This document shows positions 52,265 to 60,688 of a DNA stretch of 64,000 nucleotides, piece after piece (the first letter of the stretch is position 1; the number at the start of each line of letters is the position of its first letter). The notes below the pieces were generated by a model. It did no database searches. It was not told the DNA's origin and worked only from the letters and a program-made list of their open reading frames with translations. The stretch covers positions 2,461 to 66,460 of the forward strand of contig JANPCW010000204.1 of NCBI GenBank assembly GCA_031431155.1. The letters are read 5' to 3'. Origin of the DNA: Janthinobacterium sp. Its GTDB lineage: Bacteria; Pseudomonadota; Gammaproteobacteria; Burkholderiales; Burkholderiaceae_D. A program made the position numbers and the translations under genes.

Positions 52265-52702
52265 TCTCCTTCGCGCGTGATTGTAGGCGCGTCAGATGCC
52301 CATAGGAAGACCCCGAGGCTCCCGACCTGACCCGGGTTTTGGAGCCTCTTTCGGCCATCCTTGCGGACTGCCGCTCGCTGAACGTCGCATTCGATTGTCA
52401 GGCGCCCGTCCGTGGGCCAAACGCTGCGTCGGTGTGCATTGCCTGTTTTTGTGGTCGCTGCGAAACGCCACGGCGCCGGGGTCTTGAACTGAAGCGTCAT
52501 CGGTACTTGGGTGCGGCCCCGACATTGGCCCATAAGCTGCGTCAACTGGCGCCCTGACCTCGGAAACGCAAAAAGGGTCTTTCTGCTGCGTTTACTTGGT
52601 GCGACCACACCACCCTTTCGGGACGTAAACGCATGAGAAAGACCCCTCATTCGTGTTGTCGCAGTGTGGTCGCACATTTGACGGAACGGATGGTAGCACA
52701 GT
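52265..52702 (-). promoter_or_regulatory. 438-bp non-coding structured region immediately downstream of terL
   Basis: No credible ORF is present. The 21-nt box at 52680-52700 also occurs at 3450-3470. There is a 12-bp perfect inverted repeat (52599-52610/52664-52675), a nested terminator hairpin, and further 8-bp stems such as GAGGCTCC/GGAGCCTC. Confidence 0.45.
52570..52645 (-). terminator. candidate intrinsic terminator with a composite stem
   Basis: On the minus sense, GGGUCUUUCU (52645-52636) pairs with AGAAAGACCC (52584-52575), and UUUUU (52574-52570) follows. Inside are the stem GCGUUUAC/GUAAACGC and a CCCGAAAGGG hairpin. Confidence 0.4.
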
Positions 52703-55414
52703 TTATGATCCATCGGTGAAGGTTTCAGGCTCAAGTGTACGCTGGTCAATGATGATTGGTCGAACTGGGTCCATGTCGTATATTCTGCTCGCACTATCCA
52801 TGAAGTCCTTTTTGGAACTGAACGGGTAGGTCAGGTATTCTTCGAGGAACCCCTTGTTCAGCGAGTACAGGTTCCCCTCATGGTCCTTGGCCTTGGTCGG
52901 CTTGAAGATGCGAAACGACTGCCCTTCTTCGCGGATTTTCTTCTGATTGGCCGTCTCGCCATCGGTTATGGCGGCCAGATAGTACCGGCCGGCGGCGAAA
53001 TCGGGCTGGAGACGCTGCACCCGGTCATCCTTGGCCGTGGTCCCGTCATGGGTCCAGGACAACTCGACAATCTCGAAGGAATCCTTGATCGCCTCCATCT
53101 TTTCCTCGAAATACTCCAGGTCCGACTGCATGCCGTACTTCTCGTAGCCGACCCGCACCATCTGGACCCCCACCGTGTTGACCCAGCGCTTGCGCAGCAG
53201 GTAAAGGTGCTCCCAGCGCTCCTTGAGCCCCATCTTGTGCCGAAATCCGTCGAGCAGATACTTGTTGCCACCCGAGTCGATCCCGGTTACAACCATGGCC
53301 GTGTTGTCCGAACCCTTCTTTTTCGAGTTCGCGGGGTCCACCGTGATGTAAATGTTCAGCGTCGCAGGGCGGATGTCGATGAAGCGCAGCCATTCCTTCT
53401 TGAACATCGCCTCGTTCCCGGCCGCCGGGTTCAAAAGCTGCTGGCAGGCAATCGTCGCCGGCCCCTGCTTCTGCTTCTTGTCCCCCCAGGCCTCGGGCGT
53501 GAGCAAAACCGGCTTGCCGTCCGCCGTGCCGTCATCGGTCGCCGGGTACAGCCTGACCTTGAGCGCCCCCTTGTCGATGATGTCCTGGTAGGTGTCGCCG
53601 AAGTGATACCGAGTCCCCGAGTGCCAAGCGCGCAGCGACCCATCCTCGCCCCGAGCCCCAAGGTTGTCCGACAACTCCCATGCGTCCGTCGTCTTCTTGA
53701 CCTGTTCGGGCGTGTTCACCGACGCCAGCGTCACCACGTCGTCATAGACCCGCAGCCGGTAGTGGGCGCCGGTAGGCTGCCCGTCCACCAGACCATGGGC
53801 CTCAATCGTCGCCTCCTTGGGGTTGGACTGCCTCTTGACAGTCAGCCCCTTTTCCTCCGACCATGTGGGGCTCTCGCGCTGGGGTTCGGCGTAAAAAATC
53901 TGTGGATAAGTCCTCTGCAACTCCCGGTTCGTCTCCAACTCCAACTTGATCTGGAGCATGAACTTTCGGGCAATCGGCTTGGTGTGCGAGAAAATCCCAA
54001 CCGTGACCTCCGGGTCGATGATGATTTCCTGGATGATCCCGGCGAACGTGATGATGGTGCTGTTGTGCGTGGTGACCATCTGCCGGCCGGCAAGGTACAG
54101 GCCGTCGGGGCGCTCCACCTGGATGCAGGACATTGGCACGGGCGCGATGGGCGTGCAATCCACTATGTAGCGGCGCGGGTGTGGCCGTGCGCCGGGCTTG
54201 GCACGCGCGGCCTTGCGCGGCAACCGGAAAGGGTTGGCTTCCTGATATGCCTGGAACGCCACTTGCCAGACCGGGCCGAACTCGTTTTTGTACTCGTAAA
54301 CCGATGGCTTGAGTCCCAGGCCGGTAGCCAACTCATAAACGTCGTGCACAAGACGCTCGTTGGTATTGGTGAAAGTCGCGGTGCCTCGGGTATTGCAGTG
54401 ACCGTCGGTGTCCATGAGTCCGCGCAACAGTTCCATGCGCTGGCGCGTGCTGCCACGCTGGTAGAAGACCGGGATGTGCTTGTCGCCCAGGATGCGTAGG
54501 CCTCGAAGCAGCGGTCGAAGCCCGTAAACCGTTCGCGTGACGGCATTTGGCTTGCTTGGAGCGGCGTCTGGGCCTACGATGTAGCCTTCTGCCTTGATGG
54601 CGTCGAATATCGCCTGGTCCTCGCCGGTTATGCGGCCATCGGCCGCCGATCCATCGCCAAGCCACGCGCCCAACGTGTACGGCTCGATGGGCAGCAAAGC
54701 ATCGGGCATGTTCAGCGGGGCATTGACCGGGATAGCCAGGCGGTTGTCAGCCGTGTGCTGGTGCGAATGAATATCGCGCGTGCTCAGTGTCACTGCTTCG
54801 CGGTACTGGCGCCCATTGGATGTGCCTGCAATGCGCTTGCGTGTCTTGCGCTCGACATCCCACAGATGGTCGGCGCCGGCCTGCATCACAGTCCCATCGT
54901 CAAAGCTGAGTTCAAAGGCATCGCCTTCCGTGAAGACCTCTGTGCAGGCCACAACGCGGGTCGGCATGCCATCCGGCCCGTACACCCAGTCACCATGCCT
55001 CAATGCTCCATGGGTGGTCCAGCCGCTTGGCGTTGGCACCGGCTCGTCAGTGCGCAGCATTTTGTAGTGTTCCCGAGCCCATAGGTCCAGGTATCCATCC
55101 GGGTCGAGTTCAACCTCGCGGCAGCGCGCGTAAATCCAGGGATGGACGGCATCAGAGCGGTGCAGCAGCTTCGTCAACAGGTAGAACCTGTCGTGGCGGC
55201 CCAGCCACCCCACCGCAATCTCCCCGAAACTGACCTCCAACTCGGCCCAAAGCTCCCGGATGCCAGTAAACGGCGCCGCCAGCAGCAACGGCTTGAACCG
55301 ATCCAGCACCGCCAAACGCTGCGCCAGCGTCAGTTCTGGAGCCTTCGGAGCCTTCTCGACCTCCTTCTTGGGTCGCCCACGCTTCTTCACGGGGGCATCA
55401 ACGTCAGCTTCCAT
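52703..55414 (-). CDS. terL: terminase large subunit (intein-containing)
   Basis: The Walker A region LWAREHYK|STIITFAG is split by an intein. Walker B is LRVYDDV. The nuclease half contains YITVDPA and MVVTGID. Confidence 0.85.
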   Translation of the reverse strand: MEADVDAPVKKRGRPKKEVEKAPKAPELTLAQRLAVLDRFKPLLLAAPFTGIRELWAELEVSFGEIAVGWLGRHDRFYLLTKLLHRSDAVHPWIYARCREVELDPDGYLDLWAREHYKMLRTDEPVPTPSGWTTHGALRHGDWVYGPDGMPTRVVACTEVFTEGDAFELSFDDGTVMQAGADHLWDVERKTRKRIAGTSNGRQYREAVTLSTRDIHSHQHTADNRLAIPVNAPLNMPDALLPIEPYTLGAWLGDGSAADGRITGEDQAIFDAIKAEGYIVGPDAAPSKPNAVTRTVYGLRPLLRGLRILGDKHIPVFYQRGSTRQRMELLRGLMDTDGHCNTRGTATFTNTNERLVHDVYELATGLGLKPSVYEYKNEFGPVWQVAFQAYQEANPFRLPRKAARAKPGARPHPRRYIVDCTPIAPVPMSCIQVERPDGLYLAGRQMVTTHNSTIITFAGIIQEIIIDPEVTVGIFSHTKPIARKFMLQIKLELETNRELQRTYPQIFYAEPQRESPTWSEEKGLTVKRQSNPKEATIEAHGLVDGQPTGAHYRLRVYDDVVTLASVNTPEQVKKTTDAWELSDNLGARGEDGSLRAWHSGTRYHFGDTYQDIIDKGALKVRLYPATDDGTADGKPVLLTPEAWGDKKQKQGPATIACQQLLNPAAGNEAMFKKEWLRFIDIRPATLNIYITVDPANSKKKGSDNTAMVVTGIDSGGNKYLLDGFRHKMGLKERWEHLYLLRKRWVNTVGVQMVRVGYEKYGMQSDLEYFEEKMEAIKDSFEIVELSWTHDGTTAKDDRVQRLQPDFAAGRYYLAAITDGETANQKKIREEGQSFRIFKPTKAKDHEGNLYSLNKGFLEEYLTYPFSSKKDFMDSASRIYDMDPVRPIIIDQRTLEPETFTDGS
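54062..55060 (-). mobile_element. intein (333 aa) with a LAGLIDADG homing endonuclease, in the terL P-loop
   Basis: It spans aa 119-451. It ends in VTTHN followed by a +1 Ser. LAGLIDADG motifs are LGAWLGDGSA and LRGLMDTDGH. Block B is ADHLW and block F is PMSCIQV. Confidence 0.8.
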
Positions 55415-55556
55415 TTACCAGACCCCTTCTTCCAAAAATTTTTCCGGCGCCGCGCAGAAATGGGAATAGTAACGGTACTCTTTTGGAACCGTTACCCCCA
55501 CCACTCTTTCCTGGGATTTTTTTTGGCGGCGGCGGATCGAGGCAGGGGCGATCATT

Positions 55557-55585
55557 GTTATAGGCAGAGGGGCTAAAGCCCCCAA
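55557..55585 (-). promoter_or_regulatory. weak candidate sigma70-type promoter upstream of terL
   Basis: On the minus sense there is TTGGGG (55585-55580), a 17-nt spacer and TATAAC (55562-55557). Confidence 0.2.
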
Positions 55586-55843
55586 GTCGCGGTCGCGGTC
55601 GGGCGCGCGGGACGGGAAAGCATGCTTCGTCCGGCTCGACCCACCCACCCCAGGTCCATCCTGCCCAGCACGCGCGCATCGTGCCTTGATCGAGTCGCGG
55701 CGCGCGATGTCATGCCTCATATACCCTGCTGTCCATGGTGTGTGTGGCCCTGGCCATGCTGTCCGCCCCTGTTCTGTCGCGCCTGGAACAGTCGGAGGGT
55801 GTAAACCCGCGTTTTCCCGCACTTCCTGTCCTGTTTGCGACCA

Positions 55844-56641
55844 TCAGGCCTGTATTTGGCTGGCCACCTGGGGCGCTGGAGCCGCCTTCTTGCCCGTCAA
55901 CTCCTCGATCCTGCGCTCGAACTTGAGCCGCAAGGCCTCCGCCCCAGCCTCGAAGTCCTCAAAGATCACATGCGCCGACCTGCCCAACGGTGGCGGTTCT
56001 GGTGCCACTGCCTGCCCGATGTTGAATGCCGTGCGCTCAATCTCCACCAGCTTCCCGAGGGCGTCCGCCAGCGTCTTGGCTGTCACTGCCCGATTGCCCA
56101 GGTTTGCAGCACGTTTGACCATCAACATAATGTCCCGTTTTTCGTCCATTCCCATGGGCTCCCCGTCAACTGGGTCAGCCGTCAGAAGGGCGTAGGCTCG
56201 TTCAAATACGTCCCGATTGAGGGTGATGGCCTCTAGCTCCTCAAAGAGCGCCTGCACGATTCCTAGTGCCTTTCCGGCATGCTGCCTATGCCCTCGGATC
56301 ACTTCGGCGATGGCTCGGGCGCTGGCCTCGACTACCTCGGCCTCCTTGGCCGGTGTGACCATTCCTTTGCCTTTTCTGACATTATTGGCAACATGCTCGG
56401 TCAGAAGTACCCTAGCCCGCTCCTCAACTCGTTCGCGCAGGTTGCGAGTCCAGCCGTAGCGCTTGGCTCGGTTCAGGATCGCGCTATGGGTCAGGTTGTG
56501 CTGCGCCGCTAGGTGTCTCAGGGTCTTGATGCCTGCCCTGTAGTCCGCTTCGATGGTGTCCCAATCCAGCGGCGCTGTGGGCCTAGCCTTGCGTGGGCGC
56601 GGTTGTTCTGGGGTTTTGGCCTTATGCAATGTTTTGGGCAT
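55844..56641 (-). CDS. terS: terminase small subunit
   Basis: The N-terminal HTH is IEADYRAGIKTLRHLAAQHNLTHSAILNRAKRYGW. It is the first gene of the late operon, upstream of terL. Confidence 0.7.
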   Translation of the reverse strand: MPKTLHKAKTPEQPRPRKARPTAPLDWDTIEADYRAGIKTLRHLAAQHNLTHSAILNRAKRYGWTRNLRERVEERARVLLTEHVANNVRKGKGMVTPAKEAEVVEASARAIAEVIRGHRQHAGKALGIVQALFEELEAITLNRDVFERAYALLTADPVDGEPMGMDEKRDIMLMVKRAANLGNRAVTAKTLADALGKLVEIERTAFNIGQAVAPEPPPLGRSAHVIFEDFEAGAEALRLKFERRIEELTGKKAAPAPQVASQIQA

Positions 56642-56769
56642 GTTGGGCGTTGCTTATGAGCAAATTATCTACTCTAGCGTAGAAATCTCTTGCGTTATCC
56701 AGTCTAAAGCGTACATTACGGGGTGTCGAAAGACATTCTATCAACCCTTCACTGACCTGGAGTAACCCC
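56642..56769. promoter_or_regulatory. AT-rich divergent intergenic region (likely promoters for terS leftward and early genes rightward)
   Basis: This is the only markedly AT-rich stretch between two divergent operons. One example is TTGCGT, a 16-nt spacer and TACATT on the plus strand. Confidence 0.35.
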
Positions 56770-57084
56770 ATGAAACACACACCTACACCTTGGACATTTG
56801 CCAGCAAAAATGTTTTCCCGCTGCGCATCCAGTCCGATGATGACCTGCCCACGCACATTTGCGAGATGATTACCGTCAACCCGGCATTATTTGCCGATGC
56901 CGCCCTGATCGTCCGCGCAGTCAATAGCCATCAAGCCCTTGTCGATGCGTTGGATGCCATTGCCTGTTATGACAGCAACACCGCACTCACGTTGATGCTG
57001 GCCGGCGAAATCACGGCGGCCATGGACGAAATCCGCAACATGCAGACCATCGCGCGCGCCGCCCTTACCAACACGATGGACTGA
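56770..57084 (+). CDS. hypothetical protein
   Basis: ORF track entry with a GGAG upstream. Confidence 0.6.
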   Translation: MKHTPTPWTFASKNVFPLRIQSDDDLPTHICEMITVNPALFADAALIVRAVNSHQALVDALDAIACYDSNTALTLMLAGEITAAMDEIRNMQTIARAALTNTMD

Positions 57085-57087
57085 GCC

Positions 57088-57459
57088 ATGGCCTACGCTG
57101 ACCTCGACCGCCTCGCCAACCAGATCAACGCTTGCGCCGGAACCCCGGCCAATATGTTCGACGCGCCCGTCGTGGCGCATGCTGGGCTCATTATGAGCCA
57201 ACCGCGCAACCCCGGCCACTACTTTTTTGAGTCCGCCAATGGCGGGTACTGCCTGCGTCAGATCACCCACGCGCACGGCGAGCGCAACGTGATGGCCCTG
57301 GGCTATCTGCCCCATGGGCAAACCCTGTTGCTTGGCCGTGCCTTCCTGGAAGGCCTACGCGAAGCTCTGCGCGCTGCTGAACAGGCCAACACTGACACCG
57401 ATGCGCCCGAAACCATTGACACCCTGGCGCGCGCCTGGGGCGTCGCCAACTTCGCTTGA
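57088..57459 (+). CDS. hypothetical protein
   Basis: ORF track entry. Confidence 0.6.
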   Translation: MAYADLDRLANQINACAGTPANMFDAPVVAHAGLIMSQPRNPGHYFFESANGGYCLRQITHAHGERNVMALGYLPHGQTLLLGRAFLEGLREALRAAEQANTDTDAPETIDTLARAWGVANFA

Positions 57460-57483
57460 CCCCACTGCCCAAGGAGCCCCACC

Positions 57484-57696
57484 ATGTACGACGATGACCA
57501 AGGTGCAGTTTATATGCGCCGCCGCATGTTCGCCGACCCTGGCGGTAAATCCGCCCTGCGCGCGGCCAGCAACCGCAACCCGCGCAATCTGCCCTGCCCA
57601 ACGTGCAAAGAGCCCAACCGCTTGACCCCTGCCGACCGCGCCAATGGCTACCAGTGCAATGCCTGCGCCAACCGTGCCGAGGGTGGCGGCTGGTAG
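57484..57696 (+). CDS. small zinc-ribbon protein
   Basis: It has CPTC...CNAC Cys pairs. Confidence 0.55.
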   Translation: MYDDDQGAVYMRRRMFADPGGKSALRAASNRNPRNLPCPTCKEPNRLTPADRANGYQCNACANRAEGGGW

Positions 57697-58071
57697 ATGA
57701 CGCCCTGCATGCCCTCTGCGAAGGGTATGCGGATGCGCCATCCGGCCATCATAAACCAACCAGAGCATCTGACCATGCAACAACCTATTCCCATCGTGTT
57801 CCACACTGACCTGGGTTTCGGCCATCAGATCAGCGCCTACAGCTACGTCGATGCGAGCGCATCGCACGACCTGAGCGCCGCCCGCGTGTTCCTTGAGGAG
57901 GATTGCGACGCCGCCCTGTGGATCAACGCCCTGAAAAATGAGGATCGCGTCCTGGTGTCCAAGAACATCCACACCAATCACGACAGCTTCATCCGGTCCC
58001 TGCCGCGCTGGCCCGGCCCGCTGCGCGCCTTCGCAGTCAAGCCCCTCGACGTTCCTGAACTGGAGGCCTGA
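57697..58071 (+). CDS. hypothetical protein
   Basis: ORF track entry. The start is uncertain; an alternative is MQQPIPIV at 57775. Confidence 0.5.
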   Translation: MTPCMPSAKGMRMRHPAIINQPEHLTMQQPIPIVFHTDLGFGHQISAYSYVDASASHDLSAARVFLEEDCDAALWINALKNEDRVLVSKNIHTNHDSFIRSLPRWPGPLRAFAVKPLDVPELEA

Positions 58072-58074
58072 GCC

Positions 58075-58587
58075 ATGGGCAAACTACTCTCCATCAGCGG
58101 CAAGTGTATCCACTATCCAGGCGGCACCAGCCGCCCCTGGGGAGTGACCGACATCGGCGACCACTGGGCGATAGTCCACACCGAAACCTTGGCGACTGTG
58201 CTTATGGGCAAGTTCAAGCTCGCCGGTCGAAACAGCTTCGACAGGGCTCTGGCCGAGGCCGCGCGCCGCAATGGCCCGACGCCTGCCGCGCAAGCGCCCG
58301 CCAAACTCGCCACCGCCCGGCCTGAACTGTCCTTTGACGGTTTCGGCATCAACGGCCCCGACACCTACCGCTCGCGCATTGTGACATTCCCCAACAACGT
58401 GATCGACGCCGACCGCGCCAAGTATGGCCCGCTGTTTGAGGCCGCGCCTGATCTGCTGGCTGCGCTGAAAAACATCATGGATGTTTGGCCCAACACAGAC
58501 AAGGTTCCCGGTTGGATTGACAGATGGACGAACGCACTGGCGCAAGCCCGCGCCGCAATCGCTCAGGCCACCAAGGGAACGCTATGA
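58075..58587 (+). CDS. hypothetical protein
   Basis: ORF track entry. Confidence 0.6.
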   Translation: MGKLLSISGKCIHYPGGTSRPWGVTDIGDHWAIVHTETLATVLMGKFKLAGRNSFDRALAEAARRNGPTPAAQAPAKLATARPELSFDGFGINGPDTYRSRIVTFPNNVIDADRAKYGPLFEAAPDLLAALKNIMDVWPNTDKVPGWIDRWTNALAQARAAIAQATKGTL

Positions 58588-59078
58588 CTCAAGCCCACTC
58601 CAATGACCCTGTGCCCTACGGCCCCGTTGCGCCCGCAAAGGCCGACCAGACCATCATCGACACCGCTTTAATGATCCTGGCGCGGCGCATGCGCCAACCG
58701 GGTGAAGCACTGAGCCGCCCCGATGACACCAAAGCCTACTGCCGCCTGCGCCTGGGCGCGCTGGAGCGCGAAGTCTTTGCCGTGCTGCTGCTTGACGCGC
58801 AGCACCGCATGATCGAGTTCGTGGAGCTTTTCAGTGGAACCTTGACGCAAACGGCAGTGTACCCGCGCGAAGTGGTCAAGCTGGCCCTGGCGCACAACGC
58901 CGCAGGCGTGATATTCACCCACAACCACCCCAGCGGCACCACATCGCCATCGCGCGCGGACGTGCATCTGACCGCGACGCTAAAGGCCGCGCTGGCGCTG
59001 GTTGATGTTCGCGTCCTGGATCATGTTGTTGTATCCGCTGACGACGCCCTAAGCATGGTCGAGACGGGGATGCTATGA
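58584..59078 (+). CDS. radC: RadC-like JAB/MPN domain protein
   Basis: Start at MTQAHSN (ATGA overlap). It carries the JAMM motif HNHPSGTTSPSRAD together with EVFAVLLLDAQHRMI. Confidence 0.75.
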   Translation: MTQAHSNDPVPYGPVAPAKADQTIIDTALMILARRMRQPGEALSRPDDTKAYCRLRLGALEREVFAVLLLDAQHRMIEFVELFSGTLTQTAVYPREVVKLALAHNAAGVIFTHNHPSGTTSPSRADVHLTATLKAALALVDVRVLDHVVVSADDALSMVETGML

Positions 59079-59290
59079 GCAAGTATTGCATTCTGCACCG
59101 CCCGGCATGGTCGAAGCCGCACGACGAGCCGCAAGCCTACACCTGTGAGGCCGACAACGCCGTGCAGGCCCGCGCAACCGTGGCGCGCGACTGGCCCGAC
59201 AGCGCCATCGTGTTCGTGTTCGCGCAGCTTGATCTGGTCGAGTGCGCGCGCCTTGCGTGGCGCGACAGCCAGCAACGGCGGCAAGCATGA
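59075..59290 (+). CDS. hypothetical protein
   Basis: ORF track entry. Confidence 0.55.
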   Translation: MSKYCILHRPAWSKPHDEPQAYTCEADNAVQARATVARDWPDSAIVFVFAQLDLVECARLAWRDSQQRRQA

Positions 59291-59505
59291 GCGTCGCCGA
59301 CCAACTGCGCGCGCGCACTGGCGCACCCATGGACATCATTCTGTTCCAGCGCATCGGTGGACGCTGGGAATACCACTACACCGCCCAGGACGGCGAGAAG
59401 TATGTGGGCGAGGGTGAGGACCACGCCGACGCCCGCGCCCGCCTACGCGCCCGCCTGGGCTGGACTGGATACCGTTTTGACCGTGCAAATTTCAGGAGAT
59501 TCTAA
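59287..59505 (+). CDS. hypothetical protein
   Basis: Start at MSVADQL (ATGA overlap). Confidence 0.55.
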   Translation: MSVADQLRARTGAPMDIILFQRIGGRWEYHYTAQDGEKYVGEGEDHADARARLRARLGWTGYRFDRANFRRF

Positions 59506-60066
59506 ATGCCCGCATATCTTTTCGACATCAAACTGTACGCCGCAATTCGCGTTACAGCACCGACCGAGGACGATGCCCGCGCCATGCTCGACCAGCACCT
59601 TGATGCTGCCGACTGCAACGCAGGCACTTGGCCCGATGGCACCCCGATCACGTTCGAGGCATCAGCAGACAGGGAAAACTCATACGACCTGATCGAGGAC
59701 GACGAACCCGACGACAGCATCACCATCGACGGGGAAGAATTTGAATATCTCACCCTGCGCAGCCGGCCCGGTGGCATTGACATCTTGGGCTGGGACACTT
59801 ACGAGAGCAGTTCAGTCCTGGCCGGGCAGGCGCGCAAGGTATTCCTGCATGGCATCGAAGGCTCCGACAACAACGAAGCTGCCGCCCGCGCGTGGATTGC
59901 CAAAGCCCTGGTGGATGAAGGATGGGGCAAGGAATACGCCGACAACTATGTCGCCGAAGTCCAGTTCAGCAACTATTGGACCGAGCCGCGAGTGTCCCTG
60001 GCCCACCTTCCCGGCGAGGATGATCCTGTCTCCGGCGGTATGTACCCCGACGACTGCAAGGATTGA
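59506..60066 (+). CDS. hypothetical acidic protein
   Basis: ORF track entry. Confidence 0.6.
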   Translation: MPAYLFDIKLYAAIRVTAPTEDDARAMLDQHLDAADCNAGTWPDGTPITFEASADRENSYDLIEDDEPDDSITIDGEEFEYLTLRSRPGGIDILGWDTYESSSVLAGQARKVFLHGIEGSDNNEAAARAWIAKALVDEGWGKEYADNYVAEVQFSNYWTEPRVSLAHLPGEDDPVSGGMYPDDCKD

Positions 60067-60069
60067 ACC

Positions 60070-60210
60070 ATGAAAACCTGGACCCTATTCTGGAGCCCCG
60101 AGGGGCGAGCAATCGCCACGGTGCAAGCCAAGACCGCGCGCGCGGCCATTCGCAAGGCACCGCTCCCCTACCGCAAATACTTGGGCGAGATTTACGCCCT
60201 GGAGGTCTGA
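60070..60210 (+). CDS. hypothetical small protein (46 aa)
   Basis: Hand translation gives MKTWTLFWSPEGRAIATVQAKTARAAIRKAPLPYRKYLGEIYALEV, with an AAGGA upstream. This reading is preferred over the implausible N-terminal half of ORF 60063-60458. Confidence 0.45.
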   Translation: MKTWTLFWSPEGRAIATVQAKTARAAIRKAPLPYRKYLGEIYALEV

Positions 60211-60212
60211 CC

Positions 60213-60458
60213 ATGGCACGATTGACCGAGAACGAACTGCGCCAGGGCTACGAAGCCGAGGGCATGAGCGAAGCCGAGCAGGAGCGCGCGCTTGATGCGT
60301 ATGAAGCGGCGAACCCGGACGACGAGTCGAACGACAAACCGGCGCCCATGACCGTGGACGAAATCGCCGTCTTGTGGGCGCGCATCCAGGCCGGGGCCTA
60401 TGCCAGCCTGTTGACGCGCATTGTTGAGCTTGTGCGCGAAGTGGAAGCTCGCCAATGA
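60213..60458 (+). CDS. hypothetical protein
   Basis: Start at MARLTENEL within ORF 60063-60458. Confidence 0.55.
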   Translation: MARLTENELRQGYEAEGMSEAEQERALDAYEAANPDDESNDKPAPMTVDEIAVLWARIQAGAYASLLTRIVELVREVEARQ

Positions 60459-60688
60459 CCACCAAATCCGACAAGCCAGTCACCCGCGAAACATCGGCCT
60501 ACGTTCGTGATCGCGGCATGCGCGCCGTGATCGCCACCATCGAGCATGGCATCTTGATTCTCCGAGCCAAGGGCTTGCGCTCGCGCGAGACGCTGGACTT
60601 GGCCTGGGCCTACCAGTTTGCCGTGAAGCAACGCATAGCCATGGAGCGCGCGGAGAAGAAGGCCGCGCGCAAAGGAGCAAAGAAGTGA
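60455..60688 (+). CDS. hypothetical protein
   Basis: ORF track entry. Confidence 0.55.
   Translation: MTTKSDKPVTRETSAYVRDRGMRAVIATIEHGILILRAKGLRSRETLDLAWAYQFAVKQRIAMERAEKKAARKGAKK

Noticed and set aside
52880-54499. 539-aa plus-strand ORF inside terL
   Set aside because: It is a shadow of the terminase and intein coding sequence. It has no motifs and an Arg/Leu/Pro/Val-rich composition.
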